DNA of 30,951 bases from positions 1 to 30,951 of the forward strand of contig JBKPAK010000263.1 in NCBI GenBank assembly GCA_046726415.1. The letters are read 5' to 3'. Of the stretch, positions 1-11,439 are shown in pieces. The stretch is from Candidatus Methylomirabilota bacterium. GTDB taxonomy: Bacteria > Methylomirabilota > Methylomirabilia > Rokubacteriales > CSP1-6. Position numbers and translations under genes: made by a program. Every line of letters starts with the position of its first letter. Position 1 is the first letter of the stretch. The notes under the pieces were generated by a model that was given only the letters and a program-made list of their open reading frames with translations, did not search any database and was not told where the DNA came from.

Positions 1-2
1 TC

Positions 3-1304
3 GATCTGGTCGATAAGCTCGTCGGTGCTCTCGACCTTGCGGATCACCCGCGCCGTCACCCCCCAGCACAGGCCCAGGCGCCGCAACACGGCGGAGTGCG
101 GGGTGAGGGCAATGATCGGCACGCCCGGCCGTTCCTGGGAAATCAGTCGCGCGGAGAATCCGGTCTCGGTGAACGCGACGATGGCGCGCGCGTTCAGGGC
201 GTGGGCCGCGGTCGCCGCCGCATCGGAGATCGTCTCCGGGAATCCGGGGGACTCCTGACGTCGCGGGGTGTCGCGCCATATGATGGCTTGCTCGGCCCGG
301 GCGGCGATGCGCGCCATGTATTCGACGGCCTGGGCGGGGTAACGCCCGGAGGCGGTCTCCGCCGACAGCATGATCGCGTCAGCGCTGTCGAAGATGGCTG
401 CGGTGACGTCGGCCACTTCGGCTCGCGTCGGCCGGGCATGGGTTGTCATCGACTCGAGCATCTGCGTGGCCACGATCACCGGGACACGCGCGGCACGGGC
501 CTGGCGGATCACTTCCTTCTGGATGTGCGGGACTTCTTCCAGCGGGACGTCGACTCCGAGATCGCCCCGGGCCACCATCACCGCGTCGACGATGGGCAGG
601 ATGTCCGGCAGATTGCCGATGACCTCCTGCCGCTCCAGCTTGGCCACGATGGGAACCTCGGCGCCCAGCTCGCGCAGGATTCCGCGCACTTCGTGGATAT
701 CCGCGGCCGACCGCACGAACGACACCGCCACGAAATCGATCCCCTGCTCGATTCCGAACCGCAGATCCTCTCGATCCTTGTCGGTCAAGGAGGACACCGG
801 CGCCGGCACGCGGGGGAGAGCCACCCCCTTGTGATCGCTGAGGCGCCCACCCACGAGTACGCGACACCGCACCTCGCCTCCCGTCACCGCCTCGACCAGG
901 AGCTGGATGAGGCCGTCGTCCATCAGGATCTGATCGCCGGGTCGCAGCTCGCGCAAAGCCTCCCCTGGGACCACAGAGGCGCGTTCGGCCGTCCCCACCA
1001 CGGGCTCTACGGTCAGGATGAAGACGGCGCCGGGCTCGAGATCGACGCGGCGGCCCCCTCGAACGCCAAATGTCCCCAGCCGAATCTTGGGACCCTGAAG
1101 GTCCTGGAGGATGGCGATGGGACGCCCCCACCTCGCTTCGCCGGCCCGGAGACGCGCGATGACGTGAGCGTGTTCGGCATGCGTCCCATGAGAGAAGTTC
1201 AACCGCGCCACATCCATCCCGGCCTCGGCCAGCCGGTCGAGCTGCGCCACGCTGGAACTGGCCGGACCGATCGTGCAGACGATCTTCGTCCGCGTCTTGC
1301 GCAT
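3..1304 (-). CDS. pyk: Pyruvate kinase (3' end outside window)
   Basis: Not in the ORF track because it is open at the edge. Manual translation from the ATG at 1304 gives MRKTRTKIVCTIGPASSS...AGMDVARLNFSHG, then IVAKLER, VMVARGDLGVDVP, VIVATQMLESM and RPTRAEVADV, all hallmark PK motifs. Confidence 0.97.
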   Translation of the reverse strand, partial: MRKTRTKIVCTIGPASSSVAQLDRLAEAGMDVARLNFSHGTHAEHAHVIARLRAGEARWGRPIAILQDLQGPKIRLGTFGVRGGRRVDLEPGAVFILTVEPVVGTAERASVVPGEALRELRPGDQILMDDGLIQLLVEAVTGGEVRCRVLVGGRLSDHKGVALPRVPAPVSSLTDKDREDLRFGIEQGIDFVAVSFVRSAADIHEVRGILRELGAEVPIVAKLERQEVIGNLPDILPIVDAVMVARGDLGVDVPLEEVPHIQKEVIRQARAARVPVIVATQMLESMTTHARPTRAEVADVTAAIFDSADAIMLSAETASGRYPAQAVEYMARIAARAEQAIIWRDTPRRQESPGFPETISDAAATAAHALNARAIVAFTETGFSARLISQERPGVPIIALTPHSAVLRRLGLCWGVTARVIRKVESTDELIDQI

Positions 1305-1359
1305 GGCTAGAACATCGACGGCCCAGGCCGATTCGAACGATGGCTACTCCGACCCATCG

Positions 1360-4179
<2,820 letters not shown>

Positions 4180-4188
4180 GTTGGACGT

Positions 4189-5703
4189 TTATTGTGGCAG
4201 CGTCCCCTCTTCCGAGCAACCGACGCGAGCGGCTTGCCGCCGCCGCGCGACCCGTCCACGCGCCGTGCGTCGCGCCAGCACAGCACACAGCGCGGCGAGC
4301 GGCCCCGCCACCAGCGCGGGATAGTGGCCGACCGCCGAGGTCCCGGTCAGACCGAATGGCGTCGCCAGCGAGAGCGCGGCAAACACCCCGCCCCCGGTGA
4401 AGGTGCCGACGGCAATGCCACGCCCGACGCCGCCCACTCGCGGAGCCGCCCACGCCGATGCGGCCACGCCCAATCCGAGACGCAGAACCCCTTCGGCCTC
4501 CACACCGCGAAAGGCGAGTCCGACCCCGCCGGTCACGGCGACGACGGCGACGAGGATAGGGACGAGGCGCACCCATGCATGTTGGAGCGCCCACCCCGCC
4601 ACCAGACCGTCGAGCCGACCGGTCAGACTGGCCGCCGTGGCCACGAGAAGGGCGGCGAAGATGAACGCGATGAGTGCCGTCAGTTCAGTCGGCGTTTCGT
4701 GAGGCACGGACGCGAAGGGAACCGCCATGAGCGAGGCGAGCGGCGAATGTCCGATGGACAGATCCGCAGTGAGCCACGCGGCATACACGCCCCAGGAGGC
4801 CGCGCCTAGCGCGAATGAGAAGGCGAACACGGGTGCGGCGACGGCGTCCAGGCCTGAGATGCGCCCGGGCCGGCTCAGGAGCGCTACGGCGCCACCGCCG
4901 AGGGTGACCGCCAGGCCCAGGGCGCCGCCGAGCACATCCGCCCATGGCCGCTCGCGCGGTGTGGCCCACGCCACCCCGGACGTCGCGAGGCCGGGAATGC
5001 GCTTGCCGGCCTCGAACTTCATCCGGCTCCCGGGAGACAGCGTGAGGTGGTCGCCAGCGCGGATCGCCAGGGAGTCACCAGTGCCCAGGTGCCACTCCCG
5101 CACTGTTCCACCGTCCGATGCGTGCGCGGTCACGCGAACGACCGCGCCACGCACCGCGGTGATGCGTTGAGTCTCGGTGAAGACGAGCGTGGTCGTTCGC
5201 AGAACGCTGCGGCCCCCGGTCACCCACGCAGAAGTCGTCGAGAAGACCAGCATCGGTTGCGAGGCCAGGCGCGTCCAGGCGACCCACGGGGGCGCGCCGG
5301 TCCCCATGGCGATGGCGGCAATCAGCATGGCCAGCGCGACAATGCCGAGAAGGAGTGTCACCGAAGAGACAAGGGCAACCCCCCTCGCAAGCATCCCGAC
5401 CAACACGAGGATCACGGCGCCGGCCAGGGCCTGATCCGCGGGGAAGCCGAGCGCCACGGCGGCGTCTACGGTCGCCAGGATGCTTCCGGTCAGGACGACG
5501 CTGACCACGATGCCCCCCACGAGGACCGTCAGTGCGGCGGGCCGAGCATGATCGCGTGAGGCAGCGAGCAGGGCACCGAGAGGGGCCAGCACGACGAGGA
5601 GTCCCAAGGTTGGCGCATTGGGATTGCCCATGACGACGCTGGCGGCGAGCACGGTGAGCAGGGCGGGGCTCGCCCAGACGCCGACGCGCCCGAGAAGGCT
5701 CAG
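4189..5703 (-). CDS. Polytopic membrane protein with a central soluble insert; possibly a highly diverged sodium:solute symporter (ActP-like)
   Basis: Many Ala/Gly/Val/Leu-rich hydrophobic segments either side of a ~100-aa hydrophilic stretch. Start uncertain: a CTG overlapping the upstream TGA at 5703 is proposed, while the ORF track extends to 5778. Ends 9 bp before uvrA. Confidence 0.6.
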   Translation of the reverse strand: MSLLGRVGVWASPALLTVLAASVVMGNPNAPTLGLLVVLAPLGALLAASRDHARPAALTVLVGGIVVSVVLTGSILATVDAAVALGFPADQALAGAVILVLVGMLARGVALVSSVTLLLGIVALAMLIAAIAMGTGAPPWVAWTRLASQPMLVFSTTSAWVTGGRSVLRTTTLVFTETQRITAVRGAVVRVTAHASDGGTVREWHLGTGDSLAIRAGDHLTLSPGSRMKFEAGKRIPGLATSGVAWATPRERPWADVLGGALGLAVTLGGGAVALLSRPGRISGLDAVAAPVFAFSFALGAASWGVYAAWLTADLSIGHSPLASLMAVPFASVPHETPTELTALIAFIFAALLVATAASLTGRLDGLVAGWALQHAWVRLVPILVAVVAVTGGVGLAFRGVEAEGVLRLGLGVAASAWAAPRVGGVGRGIAVGTFTGGGVFAALSLATPFGLTGTSAVGHYPALVAGPLAALCAVLARRTARGRVARRRQAARVGCSEEGTLPQ

Positions 5704-5903
5704 CCCTTGCCTCGAGGCAGCAGAACCACCGTTGTCAGCACCGCCAGCGCAGGCGCCATCGCGAAGGTGTACCACCACAGGACGCTAACGCCGGCCACGC
5801 GGACGCTGCCGAGATCGAGCGGGGCATGGGCGAGAATGAGCGCCACAGCGAAGAGGAGGGTGAGGATGACGATCCCGACGCGGCGCCCACCCCCACCCGA
5901 CAC
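5700..5903 (-). CDS. Small 2-TM membrane protein (DUF485/DUF4212-like partner of solute symporters)
   Basis: 67 aa from GTG 5903: VSGGGGRRVGIVILTLLFAVALILAHAPLDLGSVRVAGVSVLWWYTFAMAPALAVLTTVVLLPRGKG. The G-x-S-x-x-W-W pattern and the position directly upstream of a large permease fit. Confidence 0.6.
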   Translation of the reverse strand: MSGGGGRRVGIVILTLLFAVALILAHAPLDLGSVRVAGVSVLWWYTFAMAPALAVLTTVVLLPRGKG

Positions 5904-5909
5904 GGCGCG

Positions 5910-5918
5910 ATTATAGCA
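5910..5918 (-). promoter_or_regulatory. Extended -10 promoter (TGcTATAAT), probably giving a leaderless mRNA
   Basis: Perfect TGnTATAAT in very GC-rich DNA, 6 nt upstream of the GTG at 5903. Confidence 0.7.
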
Positions 5919-5927
5919 GCGCCCCAT

Positions 5928-5936
5928 TGCTACACT
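5928..5936 (+). promoter_or_regulatory. Extended -10 promoter (TGcTACACT), divergent
   Basis: TGn+TAnnnT match, back-to-back with the minus-strand element and pointing toward the PIG-L/ybaK genes. Confidence 0.5.
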
Positions 5937-5973
5937 GCGATGGATGAGCGCAGCGCCACACCCCACGCGCGCC

Positions 5974-6236
5974 GGGGAGGTTTGGAGGGGGCTCTCGGCC
6001 CCATGTGACGACCGGCGTGGCTGCGCGCGCTGTCGCCGCGTGAACGGGGAGGTTTGGAGGGGGCTCTCGGCCCCCCATGTGACGACCGGCGTGGCTGCGC
6101 GCGCTGTCGCCCGCCGCGTGAACGGGGAGGTTTGGAGGGGGCTCTCGGCCCCCCATGTGACGACCGGCGTGGCTGCGCGCGCGGTCGCCCGCCGCGTGAA
6201 CGGGGAGGTTTGGAGGGGGCTCTCGGCCCCCTCCAA
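5974..6236. repeat. Tandem array of REP-like units (72, 78 and 78 bp plus a terminal hairpin copy)
   Basis: GGGGAGGTTTGGAGGGGGCTCTCGGCCCC begins at 5974, 6046, 6124 and 6202 with near-identical linkers. The last copy forms a perfect 11-bp stem (6210-6220/6226-6236). Confidence 0.95.
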
Positions 6237-6253
6237 TTTCAAGGAGCGTGTTC

Positions 6254-6955
6254 ATGGCAGACAGGATCGAGAGGGTCTTGGTGGTGACAGCGCACCCCGA
6301 CGACGCAGAGTTCGGAGCGGGCGGCACGGTGGCCAAGATGGCCCGGCAGGGGTGCGAGATCACCTACCTCGTTCTCACCAACGGCGACAAGGGTTCGAGC
6401 GATCGATCAGCGATGCCTGAGCGTCTGGCCCGCAGTCGCGAGGAGGAACAGCGCAATGCGGCCCGGGTCCTGGGCGTCGAACACGTGCAATTCCTGGGCT
6501 ATCCCGACGGAGAGCTCGAAGACACGCGAGATCTCCGCCGCGACGTCAGTCGGGAGATCCGCCGCTGGCGGCCCGATTTGATCATCGCGCAGAATCCCCA
6601 CCGCTCCTACAACCTGGGTATCTCCCACCGCGATCACCGCGTCGCGGGCGGCGTTGTTCTCGACTGCGTCTATCCGCTCGCCCGCGACCACCTGGCGTTC
6701 CCCGAGCTGCTGCCGGAATTCGAGCCCCACAAGGTGGGCGAAGTCTACGTCATGCAGTGGGAGAATCCCCACCTGGTCGTGGACATCTCCGACACCATTG
6801 ATCTCAAGCTCAAGGCCCTCAGCTGCCACATCAGCCAGGTCGGCGATCGCTTCGCGAGTGTCGAGAAGCGGGTCCGCGAGCGGGGCCGGGAGCTGGGCGC
6901 GCCCAAAGGCTACGCTTATGCGGAAACGTTCGACCGCGTCGTAATGCAGCGCTGA
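6254..6955 (+). CDS. PIG-L/LmbE family N-acetyl deacetylase (BshB/MshB-like)
   Basis: VTAHPDDAEFG and HRDH metal motifs, R-x-x-E-x-x-x-A-x-x-x-LGV, H-x-SQ. RBS AAGGAG at 6241-6246. Confidence 0.92.
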   Translation: MADRIERVLVVTAHPDDAEFGAGGTVAKMARQGCEITYLVLTNGDKGSSDRSAMPERLARSREEEQRNAARVLGVEHVQFLGYPDGELEDTRDLRRDVSREIRRWRPDLIIAQNPHRSYNLGISHRDHRVAGGVVLDCVYPLARDHLAFPELLPEFEPHKVGEVYVMQWENPHLVVDISDTIDLKLKALSCHISQVGDRFASVEKRVRERGRELGAPKGYAYAETFDRVVMQR

Positions 6956-6980
6956 AGCGAATCGCCACGGCTTCGGCTCG

Positions 6981-7475
6981 ATGCCGCTGAGTCCGAGCGT
7001 TCAGAAGGTTCAGGACGCCCTCACCGCGCGCGGCTTCGCTCTCGAGATCCGCGAGCTGGCCCAGCCCACGCGCAGTGCGGCCGAGGCGGCCGCGGCGCTG
7101 GGGTGCCAGGTGAACCAGATTGCCAAGTCGCTGGTCTTTCGCGGCGCCGACAGCGATCGCTTCGTACTCGTCATCGCCTCGGGGGCGAACCGGGTGGACG
7201 AGGCGAAAATAGCCGCCCTCGTTGGCGAAGCCATCACCAAGGCGAGCGCCGCCTTCGTGCGGGAGCGCACCGGCTTTGCCATCGGCGGGGTGCCCCCCAT
7301 CGGGCACGCCGACGAACCTCACACCCTCATCGACGAGGACCTGATGAAGTGGCCTGAAATCTGGGCGGCGGCGGGAACCCCGAACTCGATCTTGAGGCTC
7401 ACCCCGGGCGACCTGGTGGCGATGACCGGAGGCCACGTCGCGCAGATCGCGGAAGTCTGCCCGACCGTGCGATAG
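6981..7475 (+). CDS. YbaK/EbsC family aminoacyl-tRNA deacylase
   Basis: 164 aa; QIAKSLVF, TGFAIGGVPPIGH, WAAAGTP. Confidence 0.93.
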   Translation: MPLSPSVQKVQDALTARGFALEIRELAQPTRSAAEAAAALGCQVNQIAKSLVFRGADSDRFVLVIASGANRVDEAKIAALVGEAITKASAAFVRERTGFAIGGVPPIGHADEPHTLIDEDLMKWPEIWAAAGTPNSILRLTPGDLVAMTGGHVAQIAEVCPTVR

Positions 7476-7581
7476 AATGACATCGAGGCCCCACCGCGTC
7501 TGTCCGCTGCCGTGTCACCACCACGTAACGAGCAGGCGACGGCGAGTCATCACCACGTTACGGCAGGCAAGAGGTACGCGC

Positions 7582-9189
7582 ATGGCCAACGCAGAGCCGC
7601 GAACAGCCAGAACGCTGACCGAGATGATCCGCCGGCGCGCGGCGCTCACGCCAGAAAAGCAGTACTTCGAGCTGTATGGCGAGACCGTAACCTACGGCCG
7701 GTTGTGGGAGCACAGTGCCCGCTTCGGTGCGGCGCTCGCGCGGGGGGGCCTGAAGCCCGGGGACAAGGTCTGTTTGATCTATCCGACCTGCGCCGAGTTC
7801 TTCTACACCTTCATCGGCGCCCTGTGGATCGGCGCCATCCCTGTGCCGATCTACCCCACGCTCGGCGTCGAGGCCACGGCACGGATCATTCGCGACTCGG
7901 AAGCCGCGACCGTCACCACGATCGGCTGGTTCCGCCAGGGCGTCGATCAGAGCGTGGCCCTGGCGCCCGGCGTCCGGGCCGTGCTGGAGCCGCCGGACCT
8001 GGATGTGGCGGCACAAGCTCCCCCCCTGCATTCTGCGACCGAGGACGATCTGGCCTTCCTCCAGTACACCTCCGGCAGCACGGACGATCCGCGCGGGGTG
8101 ATGCTCACCCATCGCAACGTGGTCAGCACCATTCACTCCATGGCCGAGGCGGCGCGTCTCACCGCCGACGACCGTGTCGTTTCCTGGCTACCGCTGTATC
8201 ACGACATGGGCCTGATCGGGTGCGCTTTCACACCGCCCCTCACCGGCACGCCGCTGTGGTTGCTCCCGCCGGATTTGCGGAGCCCCCGCCAGTGGCTGGA
8301 GCTGCTGACCCAGGTCCGCGCGACTTTCACGGTCTCGCCGGATTTCGGCTACCGCAACTGCATCCGAAACGTGCATGACGTGAGCGACCTCGACCTGTCG
8401 AGCCTCAAGGGAGCGCTGTCCGGCGCCGAGCCCGTGCGGGGCTCCACCATCGAGGCCTTCGAGCGCAAGTTTGGACTGAAGAACATCATCCTGCCCTGCT
8501 ATGGCCTCGCCGAGGCCACCTTGGCCGTGGCGATCTGGCGGCAGGGCACTCCGCTGCGCTTCGATCCCAGCGGCCGCTTCGTCTCCGTGGGACGCCCCTG
8601 CCCGGGCGTGAGCGTGCGCATCGCGCCCTGCGCCGGTGACGATCCCGACATCACAGCCGCGTTGGGTCCAGACGAGGAAGGAGAGATCTGTGTGCAGAGT
8701 CCCGGCGTCATGCGGGCCTACTACAACAATCCTGAGGCCACCGCCCGCGTCCTCACCCCGGACGGCTGGCTGCGCACGGGTGACCTCGGCTTCGTCGACG
8801 ACGAGGGCTATCTCTACATCACGGGCCGCCTCAAGGACCTCATGATTCTCGGCGGCCAAAACGTCGTTCCCGCCGATATCGAGGAGATCGTCGACCACGT
8901 GCCCGGCATCCGCTACGGCGCCGCCGTGGGCATCGATAGCGAGCGCACGGGCTCTCAGCGGCTGCACGTGGTAGCCGAGGTGCGCCAGGAGTCGGAACCG
9001 CCGGAGACATACCACGGTCTCGTGCGCGAGATCGTCCGCCGCGTGCACGCCGCGCGCGGTCAGCGTCCGGCCCGCGTGCTTCTCGTGCGCGCGGGCAGCA
9101 TTCCGAAAACGTCCAGCGGCAAGATCCAGCGCTCACGCCTCGCGCAGATGATCCAGGCCGACGAGCTGCGCGACCGGCTCGTCCATTGA
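7582..9189 (+). CDS. Fatty acyl-AMP ligase-like adenylating enzyme (stand-alone)
   Basis: LQYTSGST, SWLPLYHDMGLIG, PCYGLAEATL, WLRTGDLGF, GRLKDLMI, IPKTSSGKIQR. ATG 7582 with GAGG RBS is preferred to 7477. Confidence 0.88.
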   Translation: MANAEPRTARTLTEMIRRRAALTPEKQYFELYGETVTYGRLWEHSARFGAALARGGLKPGDKVCLIYPTCAEFFYTFIGALWIGAIPVPIYPTLGVEATARIIRDSEAATVTTIGWFRQGVDQSVALAPGVRAVLEPPDLDVAAQAPPLHSATEDDLAFLQYTSGSTDDPRGVMLTHRNVVSTIHSMAEAARLTADDRVVSWLPLYHDMGLIGCAFTPPLTGTPLWLLPPDLRSPRQWLELLTQVRATFTVSPDFGYRNCIRNVHDVSDLDLSSLKGALSGAEPVRGSTIEAFERKFGLKNIILPCYGLAEATLAVAIWRQGTPLRFDPSGRFVSVGRPCPGVSVRIAPCAGDDPDITAALGPDEEGEICVQSPGVMRAYYNNPEATARVLTPDGWLRTGDLGFVDDEGYLYITGRLKDLMILGGQNVVPADIEEIVDHVPGIRYGAAVGIDSERTGSQRLHVVAEVRQESEPPETYHGLVREIVRRVHAARGQRPARVLLVRAGSIPKTSSGKIQRSRLAQMIQADELRDRLVH

Positions 9190-9190
9190 C

Positions 9191-9395
9191 GTGGGGGGCC
9201 CCGAAATGGCCCCCCACACCCCCCAACGCTCGCCGCGCCCCGGCCTAGCCGGAGCGCGCCTCGACTCCCCGCTAGCTTCCGGGGCCCCGACATCGCCCCC
9301 CACACCCCGGCCCAGCCGCGCCGCGCCTCGAGTCTCCCACGCTTTGCGGGCCCGGACATGGCCCCCGAGGTCCCCTGCGCTCGAAGGGCGGGCGC
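9191..9395. repeat. Degenerate REP-like hairpin cluster between convergent genes (possible bidirectional terminator)
   Basis: Perfect 10-bp stem GTGGGGGGCC/GGCCCCCCAC (9191-9217). Decayed copies GGGGCCCCGACATCGCCCCC (~9281) and GGGCCCGGACATGGCCCCC (~9348), interleaved with CCCGG-N5-CCG...GCGCCTCGA modules. Confidence 0.75.
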
Positions 9396-9400
9396 GCCCC

Positions 9401-10051
9401 TCAGATCTTGGCGCCTGACTTGGCCCAGTCGTCAAGGAAGCGCTTGAGCCCTATGTCGGTCAGCGGGTGCTTCATCAGTTGTTCGAGCACGGCGAACGGC
9501 ATGGTGGCGACGTGGGCGCCGGCCTTGGCGGCATCGACGACGTGCAAGGGATTCCGGATGGATGCCGCCAGGACCTGGGTGGTGAATCCGTACGTGCGAT
9601 AGATGGTGCAGATGTCTCGCACGAGATCCATGCCCACGTGGGCGATATCGTCCAGGCGACCCAGGAAGGGACTGATGTAGGTCGCCCCTGCTTTCGCCGA
9701 AAGAAGCGCCTGTGTCGCCGAGAAGCACAGGGTCTGGTTGATTCTGATCCCCTTCCGGCTCAGGTGTCGAACGGCCTTGAGCCCATCCTTGGTGAGGGGG
9801 CACTTCACCACCACGTTGGGGGCGATCTGCGCCAGTTCCTCCCCTTCCTTGACCATGCCCTCGAAGTCGGTGGCCACGACTTCCAGGCTGACGTCTCCCG
9901 GGACGAGGGAGCAGATCTCCTCGACCAGCGGGCGGAAGGGCCGCTTCTCCTTGGCGATGAGCGATGGATTGGTGGTGACGCCGTCGAGCAGACCCAGCGC
10001 CACGCCCTCGCGGATCTCCGAGACGCTTGCGGTATCGAGGAAAAACTTCAT
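9401..10051 (-). CDS. tal: Transaldolase (short MipB/TalC type)
   Basis: 216 aa; [18 protein letters not shown] (Glu), VVKCP (Schiff-base Lys). [10 protein letters not shown] has Phe rather than Tyr, favouring transaldolase over F6P aldolase. Confidence 0.93.
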   Translation of the reverse strand: MKFFLDTASVSEIREGVALGLLDGVTTNPSLIAKEKRPFRPLVEEICSLVPGDVSLEVVATDFEGMVKEGEELAQIAPNVVVKCPLTKDGLKAVRHLSRKGIRINQTLCFSATQALLSAKAGATYISPFLGRLDDIAHVGMDLVRDICTIYRTYGFTTQVLAASIRNPLHVVDAAKAGAHVATMPFAVLEQLMKHPLTDIGLKRFLDDWAKSGAKI

Positions 10052-10060
10052 GACACCCTC

Positions 10061-10441
10061 CTAGGAGCCGGCGCGCTCGATGACGACGCGCGTTCCGGCC
10101 CGGACCTTGCGAAAGATGGTGGCGTCCCCGCGGATCTGTCCAATCACGTTCACGGCGCTGGCCGGCCGGATCTCGCTGCCCTGGCTCGCCGGAGTGGGGC
10201 CGAAGAAGATGCAGAAGGCGCGTCCGGGCGGCCAGTATCCCAGATCGCCCACGCCGACGACCTCTTGCGGCGCCTCCGGTGGGCACTCGAGGCCGATGTC
10301 GAAGTAGATCTCGTCGCCCCACACGCTCGCCGGGGCTTCGAGGGGAAGGACCGCCCAGAGCTTCTGGGCCGTGCGCCCGGTATTGAGTTCGGCCTGCGCA
10401 CTGACACTCCCCGCGGTGATGCGGATCGCCAGCCTCTCCAT
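10061..10441 (-). CDS. Cyclophilin-like fold protein (DUF369/TM1367-like)
   Basis: 126 aa; WGDEIYF, GDLGYWPPGRAFCIFFGPTP, RPASAVNVIG. Confidence 0.85.
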   Translation of the reverse strand: MERLAIRITAGSVSAQAELNTGRTAQKLWAVLPLEAPASVWGDEIYFDIGLECPPEAPQEVVGVGDLGYWPPGRAFCIFFGPTPASQGSEIRPASAVNVIGQIRGDATIFRKVRAGTRVVIERAGS

Positions 10442-10485
10442 ACTTTCAGCTTAGCGCAGTCCAGGCGGGACGATGATCGCGGACG

Positions 10486-11337
10486 CTACTCCTCGCGGCG
10501 GTAGTCGGCGAGGGCGGCATCGAGATCCGTCCGATCCGGCACCGTTGCCCATCCTTCCCCCTCCACGGCGAGGGCAGCCGCGCAAGCCGCGGCCGAAGCG
10601 GCCTCCCACGGATCGCCTTGCCGGTGATAGTGCAGCATGAAGGCGGCGGCGAAGACGTCACCCGCGCCGGTTGCGTCGACCTCGTGCACGGCGTGAGGGC
10701 GGACCGCATAACGCTCGCCGTTGACGTAGAGCCAGGCGCCGTGCTGCCCCTCGGTCAGGAGGCCGACGGGAACCCGCTGGAACCATTCCACGACGTCGGT
10801 GACATCGCCACCCACGTCCTCCATGCTGAGAAACACGGCCTGCACGCGGTTGAGGACCAGATCAGCGCTCGCCCACGGACGGGGCATCACCAGCCCAGTC
10901 GCGTCAAGGCGGCGCACATACCCTTGCACGGCGGCGCCGATGCTGCCAGGGGAAAACGCGGTGAGCACGAGCGGGTCGACCTCGTCGACGACGGGACTCA
11001 GCATCACGATGTCGGCGTCGCGCCAGTCCTCGGGGACGTCGTCCAGGCCGATGGGCTGCGCCGTCGACCTCACCCGCATGGCACGCTCGGTCCCCTCGGT
11101 GAAGTGATCGAAGCGCGTGGTGACGGGCGCGGGAAGGCTGACGACCTCGATCTGGGGCGGGACGAGATCGAGAGGAAAATCGTCCCCGTGCGAGGTGAGA
11201 ATGGCCGCGGAGAGTCCGAGTCGGTGCGCGGTCACTGCGGCGTAGAGGGCGGCGCCGCCGGGCCGCGCCGTCTCCCCGAAGCGGTCGAGGGTGACGTGGC
11301 CGATCGCCACGAACTCCGGGGCCAGACCTCGCGTCAC
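10486..11337 (-). CDS. PfkB/ribokinase family carbohydrate kinase
   Basis: IGHVTLD, PGGAALYAA, VDATGAGDVFAAAF signature. GTG 11337 follows GAGGGGGA. Confidence 0.9.
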   Translation of the reverse strand: MTRGLAPEFVAIGHVTLDRFGETARPGGAALYAAVTAHRLGLSAAILTSHGDDFPLDLVPPQIEVVSLPAPVTTRFDHFTEGTERAMRVRSTAQPIGLDDVPEDWRDADIVMLSPVVDEVDPLVLTAFSPGSIGAAVQGYVRRLDATGLVMPRPWASADLVLNRVQAVFLSMEDVGGDVTDVVEWFQRVPVGLLTEGQHGAWLYVNGERYAVRPHAVHEVDATGAGDVFAAAFMLHYHRQGDPWEAASAAACAAALAVEGEGWATVPDRTDLDAALADYRREE

Positions 11338-11384
11338 CGTTCCCCCTCGGGGAAATGGGGGGCGCCGCACAGACCCCTCACGCT

Positions 11385-11425
11385 CCCTGCGTTCGTGCCC
11401 CGGGGAAGCCGGGGCGCTTCTCGAT
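11385..11425. repeat. REP-like hairpin, same family as the 9191-9395 module
   Basis: GCCCCGG-GGAAG-CCGGGGC-GCTTCTCGA (11397-11424) resembles GCCCCGG-CCTAG-CCGGAGC-GCGCCTCGA (9237-9264). Confidence 0.6.
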
Positions 11426-11439
11426 ACCGCGTCATGCTC

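Noticed and set aside
5974-6236. CRISPR array
   Set aside because: The intervening segments are near-identical rather than unique spacers, and there are no cas genes or AT-rich leader.
5904-6242. Repeat-encoded N-terminus of a 180-aa minus-strand protein
   Set aside because: It is a translation of the DNA repeat; a perfect extended -10 directly before GTG 5903 supports the short gene.
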